A stretch of DNA of 64,000 nt from Vulcanimicrobiota bacterium (GTDB lineage Bacteria; Vulcanimicrobiota; Vulcanimicrobiia; Vulcanimicrobiales; Vulcanimicrobiaceae), in assembly GCA_963714015.1 (NCBI GenBank), contig OY970223.1:2560001-2624000 (forward strand). The letters are read 5' to 3'. Positions 20,287-31,114 of the stretch are shown here, in pieces. The number at the start of each line of letters is the position of its first letter. The stretch's first letter is position 1. A program made the translations under genes and the position numbers. The notes beneath the pieces are model-generated. The model made no database searches and was not told where the DNA came from. It saw only the letters and a list, made by a program, of their open reading frames with translations.

Positions 20287-21654
20287 ATGCCGCGCGCCTT
20301 AGCAATCTTAGTCGCCACGCTGTTGGCATTTTCCGCTTCCCGTGCATTCGCAGCGGTGAACGGTCCCGCATCACCGCAAGAGATACAGCGAACCTTAGCT
20401 GCGTACGTCGAGGGTCATCCGGAAGCGATGATTGCTCTGGGCATCGTCCGCAACGGAAAGTCCACGATCTATTTAATGCACGGAGCGACGGCACGTTCAC
20501 TAAACGAGGACACGCTTTTTCAAATCGGGTCGATCACAAAAACGTTCACGGCAACACTGCTAGCCCAAATGGTCGATGACGGCGAAGTGAAACTGAACGA
20601 CCCGATCCGAAAGTATCTGCCTACCGGCATCACGGCGCCAACGTTCAAAGGCAAGCCCATCAGGCTAGGCTTACTTGCAGAGCATCGATCCGGCTTGCCG
20701 GACGTACCCGCGAATCTGCCTCAAAAGAATCCGTCGAACCCCTACGCCGGCTATTCTACGCAAATGCTCTATAGCGCGATAAAGCATTTCAGGCTAACGC
20801 GCGCACCGGGAACAGTGTACCAGTATTCGAATTTCGGTTTCGGATTGCTTGGCCGGCTCCTTGCGAATCGAACGCACATGTCGTACGAAGCGTTAGTCCG
20901 GGAACGCATCCTTCAGCCGCTCGGCATGAACGACACGATCGTCATCGGCTCAAAAAGCACAAGGAAATCGCTTGCGCCGGGGTTCAGTTACAGCGGCCGG
21001 CCGCAGGTCCCGTGGGACTTTCCGGCTTTGAGCGGCGCCGGCTCCATCGAATCGAGCGCGCGCGACATGCTGATCTATCTGGAGGCGAACATCAACGCTC
21101 CTGCGGGACCGTTGGGCCGCGCGATGTCGTTCGCACAGCGGCCTCGTGCCCCCGAGGACGAGGATGACGTAACGGGACTGGGATGGGACAACACCATTCA
21201 CGTTCAGCCCGGGTGGGTCTACAAAGCCGGCGGCGACAGCGGTTATACATCGGACATCAGTTTCAACCGCCGGCTGCGTTTTGGCTTCGTCATACTCGCG
21301 AATATCGCGGATCAAGACGTCGATCAAATGGCGTCGCACATTGCTTTCCCTGCAACTGCGGCCGCTCCGATACAATGGAAACTCGTAAAGAAGGAACCCT
21401 CGCCGTATAGCGGCACATATTTTATCGCCTCGAACTTTGGTCACGTTGCTTTATCCATTTTCAAATATAAGGGCGCGCTGTACCTGAAAACCGCCGAGTC
21501 CGCACCGGAGAAACTGCCGGAATTGCGAAACGGGCGCTATGCGTGGCAATCAGAGGATGCGACCGTCACGTTCGACAAGAACGCGCGTGGCGTCGTCACC
21601 GGCCTAATGGTATTTCAGAACGGGCAGACCACACGCGCAAAAAAGATGCCTTGA
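20287..21654 (+). CDS. Serine hydrolase, beta-lactamase family (tandem paralog)
   Basis: Signal peptide, GSITKTF, YSN, KAGG. Confidence 0.92.
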   Translation: MPRALAILVATLLAFSASRAFAAVNGPASPQEIQRTLAAYVEGHPEAMIALGIVRNGKSTIYLMHGATARSLNEDTLFQIGSITKTFTATLLAQMVDDGEVKLNDPIRKYLPTGITAPTFKGKPIRLGLLAEHRSGLPDVPANLPQKNPSNPYAGYSTQMLYSAIKHFRLTRAPGTVYQYSNFGFGLLGRLLANRTHMSYEALVRERILQPLGMNDTIVIGSKSTRKSLAPGFSYSGRPQVPWDFPALSGAGSIESSARDMLIYLEANINAPAGPLGRAMSFAQRPRAPEDEDDVTGLGWDNTIHVQPGWVYKAGGDSGYTSDISFNRRLRFGFVILANIADQDVDQMASHIAFPATAAAPIQWKLVKKEPSPYSGTYFIASNFGHVALSIFKYKGALYLKTAESAPEKLPELRNGRYAWQSEDATVTFDKNARGVVTGLMVFQNGQTTRAKKMP

Positions 21655-21886
21655 CTACCGCCGTACCTACACATTGTGAGCGAACGTCATACGGCACGGT
21701 ATTTCGTCGCCTTGTTAAACGCCTTACCAATCGGACAGCATGTCGAACTCAACGGCAACGATCGCGGCAATGGCCTGCTCTCCAACCTCGTCCCGATAGG
21801 CCCGAGGTCCGGTCGCACGTCACGTCTTTCCAGCGGGAGCAAGTTCAGTGCGCGAGCGAAATATCGCCCAACGGAGGAATTGCCCG

Positions 21887-22480
21887 GTGCTTTATCAATC
21901 GGTTCTGCTCGTCCATTTACTCGCGGTTGCTTTTGCATTCTTTATGGGCGGCGCGATCTTCGTGTTGCGTTCGATGCTTCCGAAGGCGCCGTCGGTGCCG
22001 GTCGCCGGCATGTTGATTCGTACCCTGGGATTCCTTACAAAGCTCATGCCGATGTTCGGGCTCATGCTGCTCGTTACGGGACTTGCCCTGACCAGGCTGT
22101 CATGGACTTTTTCACTGGCATGGATCGACGTCGCGATCGCAGCGGTGGTGCTGATGGGCCTCGTCGGCGCGACGGTGCTCAAACCGCGCAACATAAAACT
22201 CAAAGATCTGTTGATTTCATCGAGCGAGTTCACACCGGAAGTGCGCGCGGCGCTGGTGGATCCCGTTGCCGCCGTTGGCGAGATGATCAACATCTCGCTG
22301 GCAGTGGCGATGGTCATGGATATGACGTGGAAGCCATCGCTATTCGGTGCAATTTTCTTACTGATCGGCGTTCCGCTGGCGGCCGCCGCGTTGCAAACGG
22401 CGGCGTTCTCGCAGGGCGCGGCGCGGCGCCGGACTGGTGACGAGTCGCCTAAATTGACGGCTGATAGCGGTCAAGCGTAA
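21887..22480 (+). CDS. Multi-pass membrane protein of unknown function
   Basis: GGAGG then GTG; about 5 hydrophobic segments; first helix LLVHLLAV. Confidence 0.75.
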   Translation: MLYQSVLLVHLLAVAFAFFMGGAIFVLRSMLPKAPSVPVAGMLIRTLGFLTKLMPMFGLMLLVTGLALTRLSWTFSLAWIDVAIAAVVLMGLVGATVLKPRNIKLKDLLISSSEFTPEVRAALVDPVAAVGEMINISLAVAMVMDMTWKPSLFGAIFLLIGVPLAAAALQTAAFSQGAARRRTGDESPKLTADSGQA

Positions 22481-22519
22481 CCGCGGGGGCCGACGGGAGA
22501 CCGCACCGCGTCGTCTTTT

Positions 22520-23288
22520 CTATGTCGCGTCAAGAAACCGCTCGATCATCGGTACTAGCCAATCGGTTCTGACCGTCAGGCTCATGTGGTCCGTTCCCGG
22601 CAACACCGCGAGTTGAGCGCTCGGGATCAATCTGTACTCTTCAACTGCCTGCTCCGGCCGCATGACGTCCGAATCACCGCAAATGACAAGCGCACCGGCG
22701 CGAATCGCGCGCAACGACTCATGAGGAATATCTTGGAAGTTGCGCATCAAGTTCACGCCTTTATAGAAAAAGCGCTCGAAATCTTCAGGATGCGGCGCGA
22801 CTGCTAAGTAGGCATCGCGCAGCGTTTCAGGCATAATATTCGGCGAAGCCGTCGCAAAGCCGTCCCAGAATGCCGGTTCTGCGCCGTCGTGGTTGAAAAA
22901 GGCAGAAGCGAGGACGAGTTTTCGAACCCTTTCCGGGTGCCGGATCGCGACGTGCAGTGCGACGGTACCGCCGTTGCTGAAGCCGAACAGGTCGGCTTTT
23001 GGGATTTTAACATGGTCGAGCAGCGCGACTGTATCGTCGGCAAACCCCTCGAAGCTGAACGGGCAGATCGGCGATGTCGGCAGTGTGCCCGTACCCCTGG
23101 CGTTCGAAAGCAATAATCTGTCGGCTGCGCGCAAGTTCAGGCAAGATCTTTCCAAACGAGGTCTGGATCGTATCCCCGCCGCCATGCAACAAGACGAGCG
23201 GTGGGGTTCCCTGCCGCGGCTCGCCGTGAACTTCGTAATAGAGTTGAATGCCGTTGATCGGTGCGTAATTGCCGTCGCGTCTGCCCAC
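22520..23288 (-). CDS. Alpha/beta hydrolase; frameshift near 23065
   Basis: LLHGG, QGYGHT, then GFSNGG, GDSD, PGTDH in the second frame. Confidence 0.85.
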
Positions 23289-23408
23289 AGAGGCCTTTTT
23301 GTCGAACGCGCCGGAGCGAAACCTGCAAATAGGTTTCCGGCCGGTGTCGATTTCCGGTCCTTCGGTTCGACGTGTAGGTAAAAGCCAACTCGACGATAAG
23401 GAGCTCCC

Positions 23409-23789
23409 GTGCGATTCTTAGTCTTGGTCAAACCGAATAATGACGAAGTTGCCCGTTACGAAGGCGGCAGCTTCCCCGATACCTTCAGCGACAGCTTCGC
23501 AAAAATGGCGGCATTCAACCAAACGCTCATCAACGACGCCATGCTTGTGGACATGGGCGGTCTGAAGCCCACCTCCAAGGCCGTCCGCATCGACTACTCG
23601 AGCGCAAGGCCCCAGGTTACCGATGGACCCTTCACTGAAACGAAGGAGTTGGTTGCCGGATTCTGGCTGCTCGAAGCGCGCTCGAAGGAAGAGCTCGTCG
23701 AACGCCTTTTGCGTTGCCCGTTCGACTATGGCGAATCGATCGAAGTCCGTCCGTTGTTCTCCGAGGAAGATCTCGAAGAGTTCCTATAA
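23409..23789 (+). CDS. YciI/DGPF family protein
   Basis: VTDGPFTETKELVAGFW. Confidence 0.92.
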   Translation: MRFLVLVKPNNDEVARYEGGSFPDTFSDSFAKMAAFNQTLINDAMLVDMGGLKPTSKAVRIDYSSARPQVTDGPFTETKELVAGFWLLEARSKEELVERLLRCPFDYGESIEVRPLFSEEDLEEFL

Positions 23790-24006
23790 ACGCAGGTAGG
23801 CGGGGTTTTATAGGAAACAGGCAGCGTTTGAGGGGTTTTCGGCGCCGGAGCAGGGCGAAACCTAAGTTTCCCGAAGCTCAAAAAACTCGCCGTACTACGG
23901 AAAAAGTGCGCGGTCGCCCGGTCTCATCATAGACTTATCGGTTTGACCCTAATCGAGAAAACTCCCAATCGCCGGTCTTCTATGGATTGGCAAAGTGGTG
24001 ATCTCG

Positions 24007-24816
24007 ATGGCAGATACTCTCTCGCCAACTCGCGCAACCGGCAATCTCTTCTTGGATAGTATGCCGACAGCCGCGCGCGAGGCGCTTCAAGCGCATCTTC
24101 AGCATGTCCCCTTAAAGCAAAATCGCGAGATTTATGCAGCAGGTGAATCGATGGATGCGGTATTCTTTCCTATTCACAGCATCGTCTCGATCGTAGCGGA
24201 TCTGCGTGACGGAGAAACCGTCGAAACGGGCATTGTCGGCCGCGAGGGGATGACCGGTCACACGATTGCGCTCGGCCAATCCGTCGCTCGACACCGTTCG
24301 AATGTGCAGGTGGGTGATTCCGCAAAGTGTATGCCTGCGGACCACTTCCGGGCGGCGCTGAAAAGCGAACCGGAACTGCAAGCCTATGTGGCGCGGTATG
24401 CGTACGCGACGACTATTTGCCTTGCGCAATCCGTCGCATGCAACGGTCATCATCCGGCCAACGAACGCTGCGCGCGCTGGCTCTTAATGGCGCACGATCG
24501 CGTTGAAGGCGACGTCTTGTTATTGACGCAAGAGTTTCTAAGTCAAATGCTCGGGCTTCGGCGCGGCAGCGTAACGATTGCGGCCTCTGCTCTGCAGGAG
24601 GCCGGCTTCATTTCATACTCTCGCGGCCACATTACCATACGCAATCGGAGCGGACTCGAATCGGCTTCCTGCGAGTGTTACGACGCCGTGGAAAAAGAGT
24701 TGAAAGGCGTCATGGGATATTCGATTACTAAAACAGCCGACATTGATGCCGGCCCCGGTGCAACGTCTAAGAGACAGGACGGATCGCCTGTCCGCAGCTC
24801 GGACGGCCGCGCCTAA
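24007..24816 (+). CDS. Crp/Fnr family transcriptional regulator
   Basis: GIVGREG, ERCARWLL, LTQEFLSQMLGLRRGSVT HTH. Confidence 0.92.
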   Translation: MADTLSPTRATGNLFLDSMPTAAREALQAHLQHVPLKQNREIYAAGESMDAVFFPIHSIVSIVADLRDGETVETGIVGREGMTGHTIALGQSVARHRSNVQVGDSAKCMPADHFRAALKSEPELQAYVARYAYATTICLAQSVACNGHHPANERCARWLLMAHDRVEGDVLLLTQEFLSQMLGLRRGSVTIAASALQEAGFISYSRGHITIRNRSGLESASCECYDAVEKELKGVMGYSITKTADIDAGPGATSKRQDGSPVRSSDGRA

Positions 24817-25068
24817 TCAAATCGGCCGCGGCGCGCGATAGGTATTGAGCGGCAGCTTCATGCCGGTATGTGCACCATTCTCATCCGGCGAAACTTGCGC
24901 TAAGAGCGGCTGGTGGTAGCGACAAGGCCGTACGAGGTATGTTTTCGGGACCGGAGCGACGGCGCAGCACCCACACGCCCAAAACAACCGAGCACGGTCG
25001 CGAGCGATGTCGCGGCGAGCGGGCCTGCATAGCAGCAAACGGATCTGATAATCGGATAACCAAATCAT
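24817..25068 (-). CDS. Small Cys-rich hypothetical protein
   Basis: ATGA overlap with the STAS gene; WACGCC...PCRYH. Confidence 0.5.
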   Translation of the reverse strand: MIWLSDYQIRLLLCRPARRDIARDRARLFWACGCCAVAPVPKTYLVRPCRYHQPLLAQVSPDENGAHTGMKLPLNTYRAPRPI

Positions 25069-25430
25069 TCGAGAACGAACAAGGTGTCGAGTTTCACAAG
25101 GGAAAGTATTCGCGCCAATCGCGGCGCAACGTGAATCAAGCGGAGTTGCGTCTCGGGGTCACGCTCTCTCCACTGACGGAGCTTGCCGACGAGCACCCCA
25201 AGACATGAGCAATCAAGAAGTTCCGTCTTCGATAGATCGAGCACGACGTCGCTGCGGGGCTCGACGGAATCCAATTCTGCTTTCAACTCGACCTTGCGGA
25301 AAATATCGTAACAGCCGCCGTGAAGCGAAACGGGTTCAGATATATGCCTCACCAGCGATCCGTGAAAAGAGCGCTTAAGGACGCGTTGGAGAGCGCCCAT
25401 TACCGGCAGAGTCAAAGTAGTACGATCCAA
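25065..25430 (-). CDS. STAS domain protein (anti-sigma factor antagonist-like); start uncertain
   Basis: VVLDLSKTELLDCSCLGVLV...RILSLVKLD. Confidence 0.8.
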   Translation of the reverse strand: MDRTTLTLPVMGALQRVLKRSFHGSLVRHISEPVSLHGGCYDIFRKVELKAELDSVEPRSDVVLDLSKTELLDCSCLGVLVGKLRQWRERDPETQLRLIHVAPRLARILSLVKLDTLFVLE

Positions 25431-25686
25431 ACTCCTTGCCCAGGTCCCTCAAAGAAAAAGGCTTGCCCATGGACTGCATGGCAATGCTCTCTTGGTGCGG
25501 CTCTTCGATGCGAACGATCAGCGTCGCCGGGTGCGGTGCCGAAAATGCGTCGAAGAGATCCAGGGCCATGCGGCGCGCGTTTTCAACCGCTTCTTCCGCG
25601 GTCGCACCGACGGCCGCGATGTCCATTTGACTCTCCGCGATGTAACCGTTTCCAAGCTGCGTGACGTGAATACGCAATGGGTCCAA
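25375..25686 (-). CDS. Hypothetical protein, HicB N-terminal-like
   Basis: GYIA...AVGATAEEAVENAR. Confidence 0.5.
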   Translation of the reverse strand: MDPLRIHVTQLGNGYIAESQMDIAAVGATAEEAVENARRMALDLFDAFSAPHPATLIVRIEEPHQESIAMQSMGKPFSLRDLGKEFGSYYFDSAGNGRSPTRP

Positions 25687-25851
25687 GGTTCTAAAGCCTC
25701 CTCAGGAACGAGCAGGGAACTATAACAATTGTAGAGTGCCGGGGGGGGGCATCGGTCCGGTGCCGCGCATATAACGGATCAGAAAGTTGGACCCCGTCCA
25801 ACCACCGTTACACCAGCCAAGGGGGCAGCTCCGAATGAGCGCTCGCCGGCT

Positions 25852-28252
25852 CTATGCCAACACGGCGAATGCATCTGCAATAATTTGGCGCAGCGGCGCG
25901 GCGGCACCGAAACGCCGCTCTTGCGAAAATACGTTATCGCCGAGAACGTCACGGATCGTCCGGACCTGTGAGTCATACTCGGCAATCTCGTAAGGCCACA
26001 GCGGTGAGCGAATCGCCTCGCGAAGTGCCTCGGCAGCTCCGCAAAGCCGAGCTGCGGTGCGAAAGTCTTCCTCCCGGATAGAGAGCCGCATCATTCCTTC
26101 CAACGCGTCCGCCGTGAGCGCCTTGTTGACGACGGTTTCGAGCAGATCGAACGTCTGCCGCCAACGCGCGCGCGCAACGTCGTACCGGCCGAGTTTCATC
26201 GCGACGGAAGCCAGGCGGTCGTAGGAATAAACGATCTGCGCCTGGTCGCCCATCTCCGTTTGCAGCGCGAGGCATTCTTCGAAAACGTCGTTTGCCTGTT
26301 CGTACTCGCCCATCTGTTCGAGAATGTAGCCGACCTTCGTCAGCGAGATCGCCAGCCCCGAATTGTTTTCGAGCGCTCGGAATAAATCGATGCTTTGCTC
26401 GCAGACCCGAAGCCCATTCGCCCAGTCGTTCTGCGCGGAAAGAACGGACCCGATACTGGCCAGTGAAGTCGCGATTCCGAAGCGGTCGTCGATCCTGCGG
26501 CGGATCTCGAGCGCCTGCTCGTGCACCTTCCGCGCTTCGTCATACCGGCCCAAGAAAAGCAACAGCTGGCCCTTCGAATTGAGTGACACCGTAAGCTCGA
26601 CTTCATCGCCGATCTCGCGCCACAGCGCGATCGCGCGTTCGCACAGCGGCAGCGCCTGTTCGAATTCGCCCAGGGCGCCCATGAGCATCGCTTTGCCCTG
26701 CAGCGCCTTTGCCTCCCCGAATGCGCTGACGTTCTCCGGCATGCGGTCCGCACGTTCGAGAAAGCGCTCGTACCAGCGGTTTCCTTCCGAAAAATAGCCA
26801 CGCATCCACCAGAAGCGCCACATCATGCCCGCAAGGCGCAAGCCGAGATCGGTCCGGCCGGCGCGGAGCGCCCAATCGAGGACCGCGCGGATATTCGGAT
26901 GTTCCAGTTCCGTGAGCGCAAGCCACCGTGCTTGATCGTTGCCTTTCAATTGCTCGTACGATTCCGTCGCAAACTCCAGATAATACGCGGCCATTCGCGT
27001 AAACAGCACATCTTCTTCACCCGCTTCGGCGAGACGTTCGCGCGCGAACTCACGCAGCAACTCGAGCATGCGCGTGCGCGGCTGGCCTTCGGGATCCTCG
27101 GCCAGGGAGAGCAGACTTTTTTCAATCAGCGCCGCGAGAAGCGCCAGCAGCGAATCGGCGGATTCATTCGTCACGGCGCCCGCTGCCGCAATCGTCGAAC
27201 CAGCATTGAAGAGCGAGAGCGCCCGAAACACGCGCTGCTCGTGCTCGGAGAGCAGATCGTAACTCCATTCGATCGCATCGCGCATCGTCTTGTGGCGTTC
27301 GGGCAGATCGACGGGCCCTTGCTCGAGCAGCGGCAGCCGGCGTTCGAGCCGCGCGAGCAGCGCCGATGGCGGCAGCAGCATCAGTCGCGGCGCCGCAAGC
27401 TCGATGGCGAGCGGCAAACCTTCGAGCCGTTCGACGATCGCCGCAACGACGCGCTCATTTGCATCCGAAAGCGCGAAGTCAAAGTTCACCGCCTGTGCAC
27501 GTTCGACGAAGAGCGCAAGGCCGGCGTCCGCCGCGAGGGGCCGCACGTCGTAGACATATTCCATACGAAGGTGCAAACGTTCGCGGCTGGTCACAAGCGC
27601 CGTGAGGTTGGGACACGCGCTCAGCAGATAGTGCGTCGTACTCGCCGCCGCCATGAGATGTTCGAAATTATCGAGCACCAGCAAGCGGCGCTGGGTTCCG
27701 ATGTGCGCGGCCACCGCCTGCGCAAGAGGCGTGTCCGGTTGCTCGCGCAGGCCGAGCTCGGCGGCGATTGCCTGCGTCACAAAATGCGGATCCGAGATCG
27801 GCGCGAGAGCAACGACGGAGGTGGCTTCGAACAGGCCGCTGCACTGCGCGGCAATCGAGAGCGCTAAGTTCGTCTTGCCCACGCCGGCCGGCCCGGTAAG
27901 GGTGACGAGGCGAACGTCTTTGCCATTGAGCAGGTCGCGAATTTCGGCAAGCTCGCGGTCGCGGCCGAGCAGCGGTACGGCGTGCAGCGCGGTTTTCGAA
28001 GCAACCGGCGCGGGCGCGTCTTTTGCGCGCCGCTTTGAAACGGCTGCGCGCAAATGTCCCGAATCGGCCGGTCGAGAGCTGCAGCGCTTGCGCGATGAGC
28101 ATTAGGCTGATGAGGCGCGGCGAGCGCTGGAACCCGGTTTCCAAGTCGCTGATGGTGCGAACGCTCAGACCGGCTCGCTCCGCCAGCGTCTCCTGAGAGA
28201 TTCCCGCGCCGGAACGATATGCTCGGACCAGGTCGGCGAGTGAGTCCGTCAT
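25852..28252 (-). CDS. XRE HTH + STAND ATPase + TPR protein; frameshift near 28070
   Basis: SQETLAERAGLSVRTISDLETG; GPAGVGKT; LVLDNFEH; GLPLAIELAA; TPR array. Confidence 0.9.
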
Positions 28253-28364
28253 GTGCACTCCCGAGCTCGCGCGATAATGTTAGTTTCTTCGTGGAGTTCA
28301 AGCGGCGCCCTCGTAGGATGATTACACCGGCGCAAACGCCGGAATTCGTCCGGAGGACCTCGGC

Positions 28365-28652
28365 GTGACAGTTCCCCAAACCGATCGGCTCGACGACGTA
28401 CCCGCGTTCGCGCAGGCTTCGGCTGCAGCGCGGGAGACGTCGCCTTCCTGGTCTCGGACGGAGTTGGCATCAGCGGCCTCACGTTCCGGCGGCGCCGAGC
28501 GCCCCGGAATTGCCTTCCTAGAGCGTTACATTCACCAACTGCTTGCGTTTCCCGAATCGATCCTCTCGCGTCTTCGGAGTGAGATTCTCGCGACGGGCGC
28601 TGACCTCTACTTACCGCTTCAAGTCGGTGCGCATGCGCGCGCCGCGTCATGA
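28365..28652 (+). CDS. Hypothetical protein
   Basis: GGAGGA RBS; stop overlaps the next start (ATGA). Confidence 0.45.
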   Translation: MTVPQTDRLDDVPAFAQASAAARETSPSWSRTELASAASRSGGAERPGIAFLERYIHQLLAFPESILSRLRSEILATGADLYLPLQVGAHARAAS

Positions 28653-29735
28653 GAAAGGACCCAACCAACGTGAAAAACCTCAATACGATCGGCCGCATTA
28701 CGGGGGCCATCCTCACCGCATCTATCATTATGCTTCCGCTCGCGGCTTGCAGCGGCGGATCGCCTTCGGTTCCGTCGTCAGCGATGCCGCTCGGCATCGC
28801 GCAGCCGTCATCGCCTGCATCATCGGCGGAGCCTTCTAACACCAACAGCATGGCCTCCCTGGCGAACGAGCCGTTGACGACCAAGAAACTTCTCTTCGTG
28901 AGCGACGCCGAAACCAACAAGGTTTTCGTGTTTAATGCTGCCGCCACCACGCAGAATCCCACGCCGCTGCGCGTCATCACCAACGGCGTGGTCGAACCCA
29001 ACGGCATCACGACGGATCTCGCCGGAAATCTCTACGTTGCCAATTATGCAAATAACACCGTAACCGTGTACGGGCCCGGCGCGAGCAAACCCAAACTCAC
29101 GCTCTCGAATGGAATCAGCTTCCCCTGGGACGTGAAGGTCGACGGCTTTGGAAACGTGTACGTCGTGAGTCTGCCGTGGGGCAACAGCGCATACATCTCC
29201 GAGTTCGCCAAAGGCGCCACCGCGCCGGAGTACACCTGGTACGTGCCGCAGCAGAACCTGGAGATCTCGGGCATCGCGATACTGAATGCGAAGACTTCCC
29301 CGTCCATTTACGCAACTGCATATTCCTTGGACCAAAACGACGTAGCGCACGGGACGATCCTCAGTCTGCTTCCCCGGTCAGTCGACCTGCACGCAGCTCG
29401 GCTATTCGTTCGGACAGACCGGCGGAATCACGGTTGAGCAGTCGCCGGGCGGATCCGGTCAGTTCGAATTTTTGGCCGTCGATCAGTATGTCCCGGGCGT
29501 GGACGAGTTCCAGCCGTTCGTTCAACAGAACCCAATCCAGCAGATCAACACCGGCGGTACTCCCGAGTTCCTCACCCTGAACGCCGCCCGCAAGGATCTC
29601 TTCGTGGCGGATCGCTTCTACGGTTACGTCGACGAATACAGCTTCCCGGCCGGCAAGATTGTAAACCACTTCTCACCCAACGACAGCGGCGAAGTCTACG
29701 GCGTCGCCACAACCCCGGCGAGCACCTACTTCTAG
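28649..29735 (+). CDS. NHL-like beta-propeller lipoprotein; frameshift near 29365
   Basis: Lipobox LAAC-SGG; PNGITTDLAGNLYVAN, PWDVKVDGFGNVYV; continues in the 29472 frame. Confidence 0.82.
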
Positions 29736-29772
29736 ACGCCCAACACAATGCAACGTCTCAGACGACGGAAAC

Positions 29773-29808
29773 GAGGAAGGCTCGCATAGAAGCGGGCCTT
29801 CTTCCTTT
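29773..29808 (+). terminator. Intrinsic terminator
   Basis: GAGGAAGGCTCGC-atagaa-GCGGGCCTTCTTC-cttt. Confidence 0.65.
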
Positions 29809-29882
29809 ACTGTGGCAGCCGGTGCAAGCACGAAGGCCGGAAAGAAGAAAGCTCTGACTGCCAAGGAAATAACTCATCCGAA

Positions 29883-30440
29883 ATGATCCCTGAATGGCTG
29901 AGCGCGATAGCCTCTTTTCTAACGCTGCTTGTGGTCGCGGCGTCGGCCGCCGCCGCGCTGATTCAGTTGCGGCACATGCGCGGTGCAAATCAGATTGTCG
30001 CACTCAACGAAATTCGTGAGACCTTTGAAACCGACCGGTTCCGCGACGCCATACGCTATGTCTACCGGGAACTGCCGCGCTTATACGAGGATCCGGCCGC
30101 GAGGGTCGATCTCATTGCAGTTCCCTTGCCCGCGCAATACGAGCCGGCCCGAACCGTGGCGAATTTCTTCGAAAACGTAGGCATGTACGTAAAGCGCGGC
30201 GTTCTCGACGAGAATTTTACGGCAGACATGTGGGGGGGCATAATCCTTACGTCATGGCTGCGAATGGCGCCGCTCATCACGAATCGACGGCACGTTCAGA
30301 AACAACCGCAAATCTGGCAGAACTTCGAATACCTTGCCGCAATATGCCGGCAATTCAAAGAACGCTATCCGAACGGCGCCTATCCCGAAAGGGTGCCGCG
30401 GATGCCTGAAGCCGAGGTTTGGCGAGAATCCGGCTCCTGA
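29883..30440 (+). CDS. Membrane-anchored helical protein (DUF4760-like)
   Basis: N-terminal TM; VANFFENVGMYVKRGVLD...IWQNFEYLA. Confidence 0.7.
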   Translation: MIPEWLSAIASFLTLLVVAASAAAALIQLRHMRGANQIVALNEIRETFETDRFRDAIRYVYRELPRLYEDPAARVDLIAVPLPAQYEPARTVANFFENVGMYVKRGVLDENFTADMWGGIILTSWLRMAPLITNRRHVQKQPQIWQNFEYLAAICRQFKERYPNGAYPERVPRMPEAEVWRESGS

Positions 30441-30613
30441 ACCTCCGCTATAAGGAGCCTTACGCCGGATAATTGGCCAGGGCAGGCATTCGTCGCGCCT
30501 TGTATGGCGTTTGTAACCGGACTGTAACTGGTGTCGAGTTTAATCGAAGACGAGCCTTCGCATTATGGCGGCGACTCGATTTTGCTTATCACTCGCTTAC
30601 TTGGAGGACGCGT

Positions 30614-31114
30614 ATGGAGATATTTAGGCTCAGAGCCTTTGCACTGCTTCCGGCGATCCTGCTGCTCTTTGGGGCCGCATGCGGCGGTTCGGGCGGGGCG
30701 GCGGCGGTAAGCCCGTCCCAGCAGCAATCCGGAAACTCTATTCTTCTCTATGTCATGGCCGGCAGCGCTACTCCGGCTCCCGGCACTCTTGGCACGCAAA
30801 GTGTCAACTATTCCTTTACGGCGCCGAATCAATCGGTTCAAATTCTCGTCAACCAGGTGAATTATACGAGCGCCTTTACGATTACGAGCGCTTGTCAGAC
30901 CCCCACGCAATCTCAAGGCGCCTCGGGAGTCGCGACGGCATCATTTGCAGCTCCGGCCTCAAACGGGCCGCAAGCCGTAATGACCGTTACGTCGGGTGCA
31001 AACGGCGGAAACTGCATTTTCGACGTAAAGGGCGGAGCAGGTAAGACAGCCACGGTTTTCGTCGGCAATACCGTTACCACGGGAAATATCAGCTCGAAAG
31101 GAACGTCACGATGA
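30614..31114 (+). CDS. Hypothetical lipoprotein
   Basis: GGAGG RBS; LLFGAAC-GGSGG lipobox. Confidence 0.78.
   Translation: MEIFRLRAFALLPAILLLFGAACGGSGGAAAVSPSQQQSGNSILLYVMAGSATPAPGTLGTQSVNYSFTAPNQSVQILVNQVNYTSAFTITSACQTPTQSQGASGVATASFAAPASNGPQAVMTVTSGANGGNCIFDVKGGAGKTATVFVGNTVTTGNISSKGTSR

Noticed and set aside
25741..25749. G9 tract as a phase-variation switch
   Set aside because: Intergenic, with no recognisable promoter elements around it; homopolymer length is unreliable in this sequence.
25770..25810. Small nested hairpin TAACGG..GTTGGAC-ccc-GTCCAAC..CCGTTA
   Set aside because: Short and matches no RNA motif I know; may simply end the upstream transcript.
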